Source: an uncultured Pseudohongiella sp.
GTDB taxonomy: Bacteria > Pseudomonadota > Gammaproteobacteria > Pseudomonadales > Pseudohongiellaceae
Direction: 5' to 3'
NCBI GenBank assembly: GCA_965221805.1
Contig: OZ244913.1
Coordinates: forward strand, 345,724 to 409,723
Length of the DNA stretch: 64,000 bases
This document shows, piece by piece, positions 1-9,898 of this stretch (position 1 is its first letter; each line of letters begins with the position of its first letter). The notes under the pieces are model-generated. The model saw only the letters and a program-made list of their open reading frames with translations. It had not been told where the DNA came from and did no database searches. Both the position numbers and the translations under genes were made by a program.

Positions 1-161
1 TGAAAAAAGATTATAAATCATGAAAAACGATTACATACAAGAAAATGCGTGAATAACGCGATTTCCATGCGGAAAACTCCACTGGCGTTGTTCCCGACCA
101 CAAACATTGGCATGATTGCGTTTCCGTTTCACGTCCCGCGCGGAACCGCGGCAGCCCAGAG

Positions 162-1307
162 GTGTCAGCAATGTGGCCGAACGTAATTTCATTGAAAAAC
201 CAGTTCCCCGTTATGCTGTGCGCCATGACTCTGGCCATCCCGGCGCTGGCCCAGCAGGGCAATGTCCGGGGGCCCATCGGCGAGAGCCCGTACGACATCG
301 TCAGCGGCTGGCACCAGCCCTTTCAGGCGCCGGGCTTCGCCTTCGGCGGCAACTCGGGGGTGTGGGCGGAATCGCCGGACCGCATCATCATCGCCCAGCG
401 CGGGGAGACGATGCTGCCGCAGCCGGTGCCGGAGGACTTCCCCGGCTTTGCCGGCGCCCTCGGCATCAACGTGCTGCGGGACGTTGAGCGGCGCGTCTGG
501 CAGAACTGTCTCTACATCGTCAATGGCGACGGCGAAGTGGTCGAAATCTGGGATCATCTCGACTATCTCTGCGAAGGCTCGGATGGCCCCGGCCCGCACC
601 GCGTCCGCATCAGCCCATACGACCCGGAAAGCCGCATCTGGCTCGTCAATGAAACCTTCCACCAGATTTACGTCATCGCCAACGACGGCAGCGAAGTGCT
701 CGCCACCTACGGCGAAAAAGGCGTCTCCGGCAACAGCGAAACGCTTTTCGGCAGGCCCCAGGATGTCGCCTTCCTGCCCGACGGCCGCATCCTCGTCGCC
801 GACGGCCTCGACAACCACCGCGTCATCATCTACGACAAGGACATGAACTATCTCGGTGAGTTCGGCGGTTTCGGCGAGGGCCCCGGGCAGTTCAACACCC
901 TGCACGCGGTTGCCGTCGGCCCGGACGGGCTGATTTTCGCCCTCGACCGCTCAGGCGGCCGGGTCAATGTGTTCCAGACCACCGACGACCCGGCCGAAGT
1001 CGAGTTCCTGCGCGAGTTCCCCGGCCTCACCCTGCCGCTCGACATCATCGTCAACGAGGACGACATCTGGATCACCGATCTGCGGCCACTGCGCTTCATC
1101 AACTTCGACTTCGAAGGCAACTACAAATACACCTGGCTCGTGCCGCCGGACCTCCCAGACGGCTACCTAGAAGTGCACACCTTCACGGTGGATTCAGCTG
1201 GCAACCTGATCGGCGGCGACAACCAATACGGCCGCTCGCAAAAATTCATCCCCAAACCCGACGCCAACCCCAACCTGCTGATCGAGCCGCCCTGGGTTGG
1301 AAGGTGA
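162..1307 (+). CDS. secreted NHL-repeat beta-propeller protein
   Basis: 381-aa ORF. Signal-like N-terminus (AMTLAIPALAQQ). Repeated NHL-type units (FGRPQDVAFLPDGRILVADGLDNHRVIIYD; GQFNTLHAVAVGPDGLIFALDRSGGRVNVF). Confidence 0.65.
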   Translation: MSAMWPNVISLKNQFPVMLCAMTLAIPALAQQGNVRGPIGESPYDIVSGWHQPFQAPGFAFGGNSGVWAESPDRIIIAQRGETMLPQPVPEDFPGFAGALGINVLRDVERRVWQNCLYIVNGDGEVVEIWDHLDYLCEGSDGPGPHRVRISPYDPESRIWLVNETFHQIYVIANDGSEVLATYGEKGVSGNSETLFGRPQDVAFLPDGRILVADGLDNHRVIIYDKDMNYLGEFGGFGEGPGQFNTLHAVAVGPDGLIFALDRSGGRVNVFQTTDDPAEVEFLREFPGLTLPLDIIVNEDDIWITDLRPLRFINFDFEGNYKYTWLVPPDLPDGYLEVHTFTVDSAGNLIGGDNQYGRSQKFIPKPDANPNLLIEPPWVGR

Positions 1308-1404
1308 ATGGCGGATTGGAGTTGGAGCTTACATTCTTCTGATTTAACATGAAGATGGTGTCAGGACATAATCATATTGAGACTGATGGCTGCGGGTAAC
1401 ACTC

Positions 1405-2595
1405 ATGCAAATTGAATTCCTTCGAATCAAAAACTTCAAGAGTTTTCGCAATGTGGAAATTGCAGAAATCCCTCGCCTTTGTATAGTCGTTGGTGCAAAT
1501 GGCACAGGGAAGTCTACATTGTTTGATGTGTTTGGTTTTCTCAAGGACTGCTTAGTATACAACGTAAAGCAGGCATTGCAAGTACGCGGCGGATTTAAAG
1601 AAGTTCTCAGTCGCGATGCTGATGTAAGCGACTCTATTGAGCTGGAAATTAAGTTTCGCATGGAAATTGCTGGGATTTATAGGCTAGTAACCTACTTGAT
1701 TCAAATTGGATTCGACAAAAATTTTCCAGTAGTGAAGCGTGAAGTACTTCGTTACAAAAGAGGGCGGTATGGCTCACCTTTCCATTTTCTGGATTTTTCC
1801 TGTGGTGCGGGTTATGCGATAACAAATGAAGAAGATTTTGATAAACAAGAAGAAGAGCTAGATAGGGAGATCCAAAGTGTTGGAAGTGATGCCTTGGCAA
1901 TTAAAGGGTTGGGCCAGTTCGAGAGGTTTAGAGCCGCGAACGCTTTTCGAAGATTAATCGAAAACTGGCATGTATCTGATTTTCACATAAATGTGGCGCG
2001 CGGAAGCAAAGATTCGATTGGAGATTACGATCACTTATCAGTAACAGGAGATAATCTTCAGTTGGTCGCTCGTCACATCTTTGAGAATAGTCCGGATTTG
2101 TTCCAGAGAATAGTTTCATTGATGCAACTTCGAGTTCCTGGAATAAGCGACATTAGCCCGGAATTGACACAAGATAGCAGGCTCATCTTGAGTTTTCAAG
2201 ACGAGTCATTCAGAGACCCATTCATAGATCGCTACGTGTCTGATGGAACAATCAAGATGTTTGCATATCTCGTTCTATTGTATGACCCAAACCCTCATCC
2301 ATTGCTGTGCGTTGAAGAACCTGAAAATCAGTTGTACCCATCCCTGCTTTGGGAATTGGCGGAGGAATTTCGCGCCTACTCAGAAAGGGGTGGCCAAGTT
2401 TTTGTTTCCACACATTCTCCAGATTTTCTAAATGCCGCGGAGCTTGACGAGGTTTATTGGCTGATAAAAGATTCAGGCTGCACCAAAGTTGTCCGTGCGA
2501 AAGAAGATAAACAAATCGTCGAATTTATGGCAGAAGGTGATCAAATGGGTTATCTCTGGAAAGAAGGATTCTTTCAGGGAGCCAATCCTCCATGA
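1405..2595 (+). CDS. ABC/SMC-like AAA_15/AAA_21-type ATPase (AbiLi/AriA/PtuA-like)
   Basis: 396-aa ORF. Walker A GANGTGKST, Walker-B-like LLCVEEPENQL, H-loop-like VSTHSPDF. AT-rich relative to flanks. Confidence 0.8.
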   Translation: MQIEFLRIKNFKSFRNVEIAEIPRLCIVVGANGTGKSTLFDVFGFLKDCLVYNVKQALQVRGGFKEVLSRDADVSDSIELEIKFRMEIAGIYRLVTYLIQIGFDKNFPVVKREVLRYKRGRYGSPFHFLDFSCGAGYAITNEEDFDKQEEELDREIQSVGSDALAIKGLGQFERFRAANAFRRLIENWHVSDFHINVARGSKDSIGDYDHLSVTGDNLQLVARHIFENSPDLFQRIVSLMQLRVPGISDISPELTQDSRLILSFQDESFRDPFIDRYVSDGTIKMFAYLVLLYDPNPHPLLCVEEPENQLYPSLLWELAEEFRAYSERGGQVFVSTHSPDFLNAAELDEVYWLIKDSGCTKVVRAKEDKQIVEFMAEGDQMGYLWKEGFFQGANPP

Positions 2596-3155
2596 GACAG
2601 CTGGTATTTTTTCTTGAAGAACCTTCGGCGCGGGAGATGCTAAAAGGATTGTTGCCAAAGTTCCTACCCGAAGAGATTTATACACGGTTTGTGGTTTTTG
2701 AGGGAAAGCAAGACTTGGAAAAACGTTTACCTAAGCGATTAAGAGCATGGCGGCAGCCAGATTCACTTTTTCTGGTGTTACGGGATCAGGATGGTGGCAA
2801 TTGTATAGATATCAAATCAAGTTTAGTTGTGAAATGTGCTGATGCCGGTCATCCAAGGACATTGGTGCGTATCGCTTGCCATGAACTGGAAACCTTTTAT
2901 CTCGGAGATCTACAGGCTGTTGCCGCATCAATTGGGCCAAAAAGCTTGGCAAAAATGCAAAACAAAGCAAAGTATCGAGATCCAGATCATTTACGAAATC
3001 CAATGCTAGAGCTGAAAAAGATAGCGCCTTCCTACCAAAAAATATCTGGATCACGCGCTATTGGCCCACACTTGGATCAAGCAACAAATCGTTCGCGCAG
3101 TTTTTCCAATTTGGTTTCTGGGATCAATAAGCTGATTGAAGCCCGACAGACATAG
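2592..3155 (+). CDS. Toprim-like protein, probably DUF4276 family (predicted nuclease partner of the ATPase)
   Basis: 187-aa ORF whose ATG overlaps the upstream stop (ATGA at 2592-2595). N-terminal acidic FFLEEPS plus LRDQDGG (DxD) gives a Toprim-like layout. Family assignment is from memory, not searched. Confidence 0.6.
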   Translation: MRQLVFFLEEPSAREMLKGLLPKFLPEEIYTRFVVFEGKQDLEKRLPKRLRAWRQPDSLFLVLRDQDGGNCIDIKSSLVVKCADAGHPRTLVRIACHELETFYLGDLQAVAASIGPKSLAKMQNKAKYRDPDHLRNPMLELKKIAPSYQKISGSRAIGPHLDQATNRSRSFSNLVSGINKLIEARQT

Positions 3156-3225
3156 AAATCCCAGGATATTTCATCCGGCCCCCGGCCCGCCGATCAGTCC
3201 GCTTTGGGTTTTGCCCTGAATAGGC

Positions 3226-3459
3226 TTAGTTTTCCGCGATTCCTCCCCGGCGCGTATCGATTCTGACTTCCGCGTTTGGGAAATCGCCGATGAACACACC
3301 ACGCCGAGGGTCCGCGAGCGGCTTCTCGGGGTAGTGCACCTCCAGCCTGCCGGGCCTCTCGCCCGCGAGCGCATAGATTTCGGCATAGGTTTGCTGAAAA
3401 GCCGAATGCCGCCGCCAGGTGACCCCCATTCCCCAGATGCTGATTGCCGCAATCAACAA
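3226..3459 (-). CDS. small hypothetical membrane-anchored protein
   Basis: 77-aa ORF with GC-rich third positions typical of the host and an N-terminal hydrophobic helix (LIAAISIWGMGV). Lies 50 nt downstream of the 3510..4970 gene on the same strand. No recognisable family. Confidence 0.3.
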   Translation of the reverse strand: MLIAAISIWGMGVTWRRHSAFQQTYAEIYALAGERPGRLEVHYPEKPLADPRRGVFIGDFPNAEVRIDTRRGGIAEN

Positions 3460-3509
3460 AATCAGCGGGTGTACCTCTGAACCCTCCTGATTTTAGGCAA
3501 GACAGAATA

Positions 3510-4970
3510 TCAGTTACTCTCCGCTGGTGAATAGAGATACAGTTTGTAGTCGGGGAAATTGAAGCCAACCACCTCGGATAAGTCTTCAGGTCGATCTTTT
3601 TTAAGAAGTGTGACCGCCTGTTCAAAGAAGCGTGGCGGCTCTTGCGCGAGAATATAGTCGGGCGGATGCGATTCCAACCAGCTGTGGTAATCACCCACAG
3701 CAACGAAATCCGCGTTGCCACTCGTGACCAAGCCCAAGATGTCGATGATTCTGCGCTGGGAATACCAGCCAACGGTGCCTATTTCCGCCAATGCCACCGA
3801 CGCATCGGTCGGAGTATTCTCGGCAATCCACTCGCCGAACTGCCGGTAATCGTCGCGTACTGTCTTCCCGTGAACGAAAAGATTTATCGTTAGCTGCCAG
3901 ATTAAAATCAAGCCAAAGAGTCCAACGCAGGATATTCTGAATGCTCGGAGATACTCGGTCTTGCATTGAACATAAAGCCAGTAGATTCCCAGAACCAACC
4001 AAGTTGAGAATATTGTGAAATAAATCGCGTAATACCACCATTGACTGGGAATATTGAGGACTGCGAAAAATCCCGTGTACAACCCTAGGAAAGTAACTGA
4101 AACGAGCAGATATTGCCGCGCCTGAACCAGAAGGATGGAAAGTGCAGCCAGAAACATCAGCAGGATGGGGACTACATGAGTTCCGAATACCTGCATTTGC
4201 CCCGGCAATCCGAATCCAAACAAGAACAAAGTTGGCAAGTTGAACAGAAAAGAATTGTATCCCCAGTGACCCATTGCACCCTGCGAAATCTTCGCCAGCC
4301 CGGATGAGGGCAAGAGCGCGTCGTAGTACATGCTGTTGAAAAAAAACTGTGTCAAAATCAGCAATCCTGGTAGGGCATAGCAGCTCCAACTGGGCCATTT
4401 CCTTCTGAAAAAGAGGGTATTAAGCGCCATGGCCGGCACAAGGAAAACTGCTTCCGGGCGAGTCAGAATCGCCAGACCCACGCAGATACCGAGCAGGAAG
4501 AATCTGTCCCTGAAATACAGATAGAGACAAAGGCCAATCATAAAGGTGAACAGGCCCGCTTCCATGCCAAGGTTTATGTAAGTCATTCCATTGCCCGCCG
4601 CGAACAAGGTCGAGATAGCCGCAATCTGACGGTTGCCCATAATAAGTGCCATCATTCGATAAACGATAATGATGCTGCCCACGGCTGCCAGGACGGAAAT
4701 CAGCATGGTGCCGTAGCGTGCGTCACCGGACACAAAGGAGGGCATCACAGCGAGATAAGCGAATAGCGGAGAGGTCAATCCGTTGACAAATTCACCTTGG
4801 TTGTACACGAATCCGTTGCCGGATATCAGATTCTGGATATAGCGAGCATAAATCAGGCCATCGTCAAGTTCATGTCCACGCAAGGCGTAGCCGCTGCCGA
4901 CGACGACTAGTACGGAAACCCCAACAATCCAAGCTGACGGATCACGCAAATCAATTGGCTTGAAAGACAT
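3510..4970 (-). CDS. polytopic membrane protein, GT-C (ArnT/PMT-like) glycosyltransferase candidate
   Basis: 486-aa ORF with many hydrophobic helices. Acidic first-loop motif HELDDGLIYARYIQNLISGNGFVYNQGE, typical of GT-C enzymes. C-terminal soluble domain. Lower G+C than the backbone. Confidence 0.6.
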   Translation of the reverse strand: MSFKPIDLRDPSAWIVGVSVLVVVGSGYALRGHELDDGLIYARYIQNLISGNGFVYNQGEFVNGLTSPLFAYLAVMPSFVSGDARYGTMLISVLAAVGSIIIVYRMMALIMGNRQIAAISTLFAAGNGMTYINLGMEAGLFTFMIGLCLYLYFRDRFFLLGICVGLAILTRPEAVFLVPAMALNTLFFRRKWPSWSCYALPGLLILTQFFFNSMYYDALLPSSGLAKISQGAMGHWGYNSFLFNLPTLFLFGFGLPGQMQVFGTHVVPILLMFLAALSILLVQARQYLLVSVTFLGLYTGFFAVLNIPSQWWYYAIYFTIFSTWLVLGIYWLYVQCKTEYLRAFRISCVGLFGLILIWQLTINLFVHGKTVRDDYRQFGEWIAENTPTDASVALAEIGTVGWYSQRRIIDILGLVTSGNADFVAVGDYHSWLESHPPDYILAQEPPRFFEQAVTLLKKDRPEDLSEVVGFNFPDYKLYLYSPAESN

Positions 4971-4979
4971 TTGATTGCA

Positions 4980-6164
4980 TTAGCTCTTGAGAAGGCCGAT
5001 ATGAAAACGATCAATTGCGAACATCATAATAACCGCATAGTAGGCTGTCAAAAAACGGTCCAAGCCAATGATCAGCGGAAATAACATGAGGAAAGCGCCG
5101 AACACCGTCAGACAGAGCAGACTGGCATCGGACAGCGATACCGGATCTGCGGGTCTGATGATGGTAACAAGGTTTTGGCGCCAGCTCCCGGCCCATGCGA
5201 TCAACCAAAGCAATAGAAAAAACGGAAGCACCGTGGCGATCATCGTCCCGCTGGCGAAAAGTTCTCTGACGCTGCCGCGCAGCGCGTCGAAATAAAGCGC
5301 GCCGGAGAAAGGTTGCCCGAATGACTCGATATCGACCTGCGATTCGATCAGCGTGTGATAGAACAACCGCCACCAATCATAGTCGTAGACGGCACTGATC
5401 CAGAAATAGGATAGGAAAACAAGCGACAGACCTCCGCCATACCAGTACAAGTCCGCGGACCGCAGTGGTTCGCCTCTCCGCCAATGGTTCCAGCAAAGTA
5501 AAACCAGTAAGGGCGCAACGAAGAGAATGTTGTTGCTGCGAACCCAAATCGATAGACCAAGACAGATCACCGCTGCGGCGATCCATCCCCGAGCCAGCAG
5601 CAGATAAACTCCCGCGAATACCATCAGGGCGGACAGATTGTCGGGTGTCGGAATCCGGCTCAGATCGAACAGCCGGGCGCAGATGGAAAACAGGATGACC
5701 ACCAGCGCCGCCTGCATGGGGCCGGTCATATTTCGCAGCCAGAGAAACAGAATGACGCAGATGAGCAAGCCCGGAATGAGCGAAAGCCAGATTATGCTGC
5801 CGACCGGATTCGCCCCGGTCGCGCTGAACCCCCGCAATAGCAACACGTACAGCGGCTTGATCTCATACATGCTAAGCTGAGTTGCGAAGTTTTCCGGGCT
5901 TGAATACATCGCGGCCGCGTACTCTCCGCCGATCAGGGAGTTGAATTGCGCCGCTTCGAGCGATTGCCGCAGCAAGCCGTAAGTCGCCTCGTGCACCGCA
6001 GCGGGGTCTTCGGTTTCCGCCGCGAAAGTCGTCGCCACATAAGGGACCACGTCCCAAGTGTAGATGGGATGGTTCAGGGCAAACCACGACAGGGCGAGCA
6101 GGTGCAGCGCCAGCAGCAGCGTGGCAGCCGGCGAGTCGAGCGATTTGAGCGGTATTGATGACAT
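4980..6164 (-). CDS. polytopic membrane protein (possible GT-C-like)
   Basis: 394-aa ORF, about 10 hydrophobic segments, early loop motif YTWDVVPY. Lies 9 nt upstream of the 3510..4970 gene on the same strand. Confidence 0.5.
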   Translation of the reverse strand: MSSIPLKSLDSPAATLLLALHLLALSWFALNHPIYTWDVVPYVATTFAAETEDPAAVHEATYGLLRQSLEAAQFNSLIGGEYAAAMYSSPENFATQLSMYEIKPLYVLLLRGFSATGANPVGSIIWLSLIPGLLICVILFLWLRNMTGPMQAALVVILFSICARLFDLSRIPTPDNLSALMVFAGVYLLLARGWIAAAVICLGLSIWVRSNNILFVAPLLVLLCWNHWRRGEPLRSADLYWYGGGLSLVFLSYFWISAVYDYDWWRLFYHTLIESQVDIESFGQPFSGALYFDALRGSVRELFASGTMIATVLPFFLLLWLIAWAGSWRQNLVTIIRPADPVSLSDASLLCLTVFGAFLMLFPLIIGLDRFLTAYYAVIMMFAIDRFHIGLLKS

Positions 6165-7464
6165 GCCGGAAACGGGACTACGCGCAACTCATTATGCTTT
6201 GATCCTGGGCGTCGCGGCGGCCGCGGCATGGTTCGGATTGACGCAAAGGCCCATATCCATAGAAGGCGGCCATCCCTACGACGCCGACGTCTATTACGCG
6301 ATGGCTGAACAGGTGGCGGCGGGAGAGCCTATTTCCACCTTGCGGCCATTCGCCTATCGCGTGGCGCTGCCCTTCCTCGCCGGCACATTCTGGCCGTATT
6401 CTATCGCTTTCGGTTTCCTGCTGCTGAATCTGGTTTTCGCCATCGCCACGGCCGTGGTGTTTTTCCTCTATCTGCGGTCCTGCCGGCTGGGCACCGACAC
6501 GGCCTTGCTGCTCGTGTCCGCGTTCGTTTGCGCGTCCCAGTCGCCATTCCGCTTCGCGCATTTCATCCCGGCCTACACTGACCCGCCGGCGCTGTTCTTC
6601 ATTGTGTTGCTGCTTTGGCTGGGCAGGGTCGTTTCCCGGCTCGATCTGCGTTGGGCCCTGATCGTGACGGCGGTAAGCGTGGTTGGGGTGCTTTTCCGGG
6701 AAATCGCGCTTTGCGGATTGCTGGTGTTTGTTTTCGCGCAGTGTTTCCGGCTGCGGCGGGCGCTCCCGTTCCTGGCCGTTCGATCTTGGCGGTCGGTCTT
6801 CCTGTGCGCGTTGCCGCTGCTGTCCGCGTGCGCGTGCCTGGCGCTGGTTCACTCGCTGGTCGACGGCACTGGCGGGTACAACTATTTTGCCCAGATGCGC
6901 GGCGTTGTCTCCACGCTAGCGGCGCAGCCGGACATCTTCCTGCTCTCCTGGCTGACCTCTTTCGGTGCAATCCCGCTCACACTGCTTTTCGCCGGTCGTC
7001 TTCTATTTGGTTTTCTAGATGAAAATCAAGATGTTGCGGTTTTTCTCGGCGGCTGTGTTTTGCTTGGTTTGTTCACCGGATTCCATACCGACCGGATCTT
7101 GTTCTGGTCTTTTCCCGCGGTGCTGGCGCTGTTCGGCGTGCTGCTGGAACGACATCCATTGCGCTATGCCCCGGTCTGGCACAGGCTTGCCTTTTACATC
7201 CCGCTGCTGGCAGTTCAGGCGCTGGCTTGGCGCGTCTGGCTGCCGATTCCCGATGACCCGCGAGCGGAAGTGTTCAACCCGGGGGAGCCGCCCATGCTGC
7301 TGTTCTCGGCTTATGGCGAAGCAACGCTTGGCCACATCTACGCCTCGACGCTGCCGCCCGCGTCCCGCCTGACCTTGCTGGGGCAGTTTGCTCTGGCTGT
7401 CATGTATTTCGGTATCATCCTCCATCTGGCCGCCATGCGACAATCGCGCAGCGCCGACACTTGA
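6163..7464 (+). CDS. polytopic membrane protein, GT-C-like candidate
   Basis: ORF track gives 6064..7464. An internal ATG at 6163 (MPETGLRATHYALILG) avoids overlap with the divergent gene. Loop motif HPYDADVYYAMAEQ. Many TM helices. Confidence 0.55.
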   Translation: MPETGLRATHYALILGVAAAAAWFGLTQRPISIEGGHPYDADVYYAMAEQVAAGEPISTLRPFAYRVALPFLAGTFWPYSIAFGFLLLNLVFAIATAVVFFLYLRSCRLGTDTALLLVSAFVCASQSPFRFAHFIPAYTDPPALFFIVLLLWLGRVVSRLDLRWALIVTAVSVVGVLFREIALCGLLVFVFAQCFRLRRALPFLAVRSWRSVFLCALPLLSACACLALVHSLVDGTGGYNYFAQMRGVVSTLAAQPDIFLLSWLTSFGAIPLTLLFAGRLLFGFLDENQDVAVFLGGCVLLGLFTGFHTDRILFWSFPAVLALFGVLLERHPLRYAPVWHRLAFYIPLLAVQALAWRVWLPIPDDPRAEVFNPGEPPMLLFSAYGEATLGHIYASTLPPASRLTLLGQFALAVMYFGIILHLAAMRQSRSADT

Positions 7465-7486
7465 TTTTGGGGCAATTGGATAAAGC

Positions 7487-9895
7487 ATGACGACAGCAAC
7501 CACAACCCCCACCAACCGCGCATTCCTGCTGGGCCTGTTCGCTCTTGCCGGCGCTACGCTCATGCTGGAGGTGCTGAACACCCGGCTGCTGTCGGTGGTG
7601 ACTTGGTACCACCTGTCGTTCTTCGCGGTGTCGATGGCCATGTTCGGCATGGCCGCTGGCGCGCTTTGGGTGTATCTGCGACCGCGCCGGTTCGACTCTG
7701 GCGGCGCCCTCGACAACCTGTTCCTGTACTCGATTCTGTTCGCCGCCAGCACCATCGTTTGCCACCTCGCGGTCATTTATACCCCGCTCAATATCCGCGA
7801 CGGCTGGACGCTGGCCGGGGTGGCGAGGATGGCGCTGATCACCTTGGCGGTGGCGGTGCCGTTCTTTTTCAGCGGGGTGGTGGTGACCGTCGCCTTGACC
7901 CAGGTGAAGGGCGACAGCGGCCTGATCTATGGCGTGGATCTCGTCGGGGCGGCTTTGGGGAGCGTGCTTTGCCTGTTGTTGCTCAACGCCCTCGACATCA
8001 CAAGCGCCACCTTCGCCACCGCTGCCATCGCCCTGCTCGGCGCGTGCCTGTTCCAATATGCGCGGCGGGGGTCGAGACCGCTGATCTGGGCTGTTCTCGG
8101 CGTTCTCGTTGGTTTCGGAGCGATCGGCAACCACGCCACATCCGACGGTTTTCGGGTTTTTTACCCCAAGGGACTACCCATGCCCTTTGGCGCTGCCAGC
8201 CAGGAGTACTGGACGATTCATGGCCAGATTTTGGTTTCCCAAATCGTTGAGGGGGGGCCTTGGTACTGGGGCGCCGGCGAGGGTGCCAGCGAAATCGAGG
8301 GTATGCGCGGCCAAGCCTTGATCATCGACGGCGAGGCCGGCACGGCGCTCACCGAATGGGACGGCGACCGCGGCAATCTCGACTGGCCGCGATTCGATGT
8401 CACCGCTTTGCCGTACCATCTGCGGCCGGGCGGCACGGCGGCGGTGATCGGCGTCGGCGGCGGGCGCGATATCCTCACGGCGCTGTGGGCCGGCAGTTCC
8501 CGCATCACCGGCATCGAGATCAATGAGGCCATGCTTCGCGTTGTGGAGGGGGAACGCCGGGAATTCGCGCAGATCGCCAATCAGCCCAATGTCGAATTTG
8601 TCCACGACGAGGCCAGGTCGTTTTTGACCCGCAGCGAAGACGCCTACGATGTCATCCAGATGTCGCTGATCGACACTTGGGCCGCCACCGGTGCCGGCGC
8701 CTTCACCCTTTCCGAGAACGGCCTGTACACCGTCGAGGGCTGGCAGGTTTTTCTCGACCACTTGAATCCGGGCGGCCTGTTCAGCGTTTCGCGCTGGTAT
8801 TCGCCGGAGGCGCTGTCGGAAACCAACCGGCTGATTTCGCTCGCGGCGATGTCGCTGATCCAGCGGGGCGTCGAGCGGCCCGCGGAGCATGTCGCCCTGG
8901 TTTCGAGGCTTTCCGTGGCGACGCTGATCGTCTCGCCCGAACCGCTGGCGGAGGCGGACATCGACATGATCGAGGAGGTGGCGCGGGAATACGGCTTCAA
9001 CATCCTGCACTCGCCGCGGCGGCAGTCCGCCGAACCGCTCATCCGCGGCTTGCTTGCCGCCACCGGTGAACGGCAACTGCTCGCCGCCGCCGAACACGAA
9101 TACCTGGACTTCACCCCGCCGACCGACAGCCGGCCCTACTTCTTCAACATCCTCAAGCCGTCCGCGCTGTTCAATGCCGGCGGTGAACTCCAAGACCTCG
9201 GCATCGTCGCCGGCGGCAACCTGCTGGCGACCTACACCCTCATGCTGCTGTGCGGGCTCGCGCTCGCCGGGGTTCTGCTGGTAATCGTCGCGCCGCTGCT
9301 CATCGCCGGCAAACCAAACATCCCCAACCGCGCCTTTTACAGTGGGCTGCTCTACTTCGCCTGCATCGGCGCCGGCTTCATGTTCGTGCAGATCCCGCTG
9401 ATGCAGCGCTTTTCGGTCTACCTCGGGCATCCCGTCTACGCCGTGGCGGTGCTGCTGTTCTCGATGATTCTCGCGGCGGGCGCGGGCAGCTTGCTGTCCG
9501 ACCGGATCAACGTCGACAGGGAATCGCGCTGGACCCTGACGGTTCCGGCGGTCATCGTTTCGCTGCTGCTGTTGGTCTACCTGGTGTCTGGCCCGCTGAT
9601 CGAATCGACGATCTCCCAAGGCTTGCTGGTCCGCTGCCTGATCGTGGTCGCCCTCGTTGGCTTGGCCGCCGTGCCCATGGGCATGTGCTTCCCCCTCGGC
9701 CTGCGGCTGTTCCGCAACCACTCCAGCGCATGCCTGCCGTGGATGTGGGGAATCAACGGCGCCACCGGCGTCCTCGCCAGCGTCTCCGCCGTCGCCATCT
9801 CCATGTGGGCCGGCATCAACACCAGCCTGCTCCTGGCCATCGCCTGCTACGCCCTGCTGGCCCTGCCGGCGCGGCATCTGCAATCGAGGCTTTGA
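7487..9895 (+). CDS. membrane-fused spermidine-synthase-like (class I methyltransferase-fold) protein
   Basis: 802-aa ORF. N- and C-terminal TM bundles flank a soluble domain with SAM/dcSAM-type glycine motif AAVIGVGGGRDI and DVIQMSLIDTW, as in SpeE-like fused proteins. Confidence 0.7.
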   Translation: MTTATTTPTNRAFLLGLFALAGATLMLEVLNTRLLSVVTWYHLSFFAVSMAMFGMAAGALWVYLRPRRFDSGGALDNLFLYSILFAASTIVCHLAVIYTPLNIRDGWTLAGVARMALITLAVAVPFFFSGVVVTVALTQVKGDSGLIYGVDLVGAALGSVLCLLLLNALDITSATFATAAIALLGACLFQYARRGSRPLIWAVLGVLVGFGAIGNHATSDGFRVFYPKGLPMPFGAASQEYWTIHGQILVSQIVEGGPWYWGAGEGASEIEGMRGQALIIDGEAGTALTEWDGDRGNLDWPRFDVTALPYHLRPGGTAAVIGVGGGRDILTALWAGSSRITGIEINEAMLRVVEGERREFAQIANQPNVEFVHDEARSFLTRSEDAYDVIQMSLIDTWAATGAGAFTLSENGLYTVEGWQVFLDHLNPGGLFSVSRWYSPEALSETNRLISLAAMSLIQRGVERPAEHVALVSRLSVATLIVSPEPLAEADIDMIEEVAREYGFNILHSPRRQSAEPLIRGLLAATGERQLLAAAEHEYLDFTPPTDSRPYFFNILKPSALFNAGGELQDLGIVAGGNLLATYTLMLLCGLALAGVLLVIVAPLLIAGKPNIPNRAFYSGLLYFACIGAGFMFVQIPLMQRFSVYLGHPVYAVAVLLFSMILAAGAGSLLSDRINVDRESRWTLTVPAVIVSLLLLVYLVSGPLIESTISQGLLVRCLIVVALVGLAAVPMGMCFPLGLRLFRNHSSACLPWMWGINGATGVLASVSAVAISMWAGINTSLLLAIACYALLALPARHLQSRL

Positions 9896-9898
9896 TAG

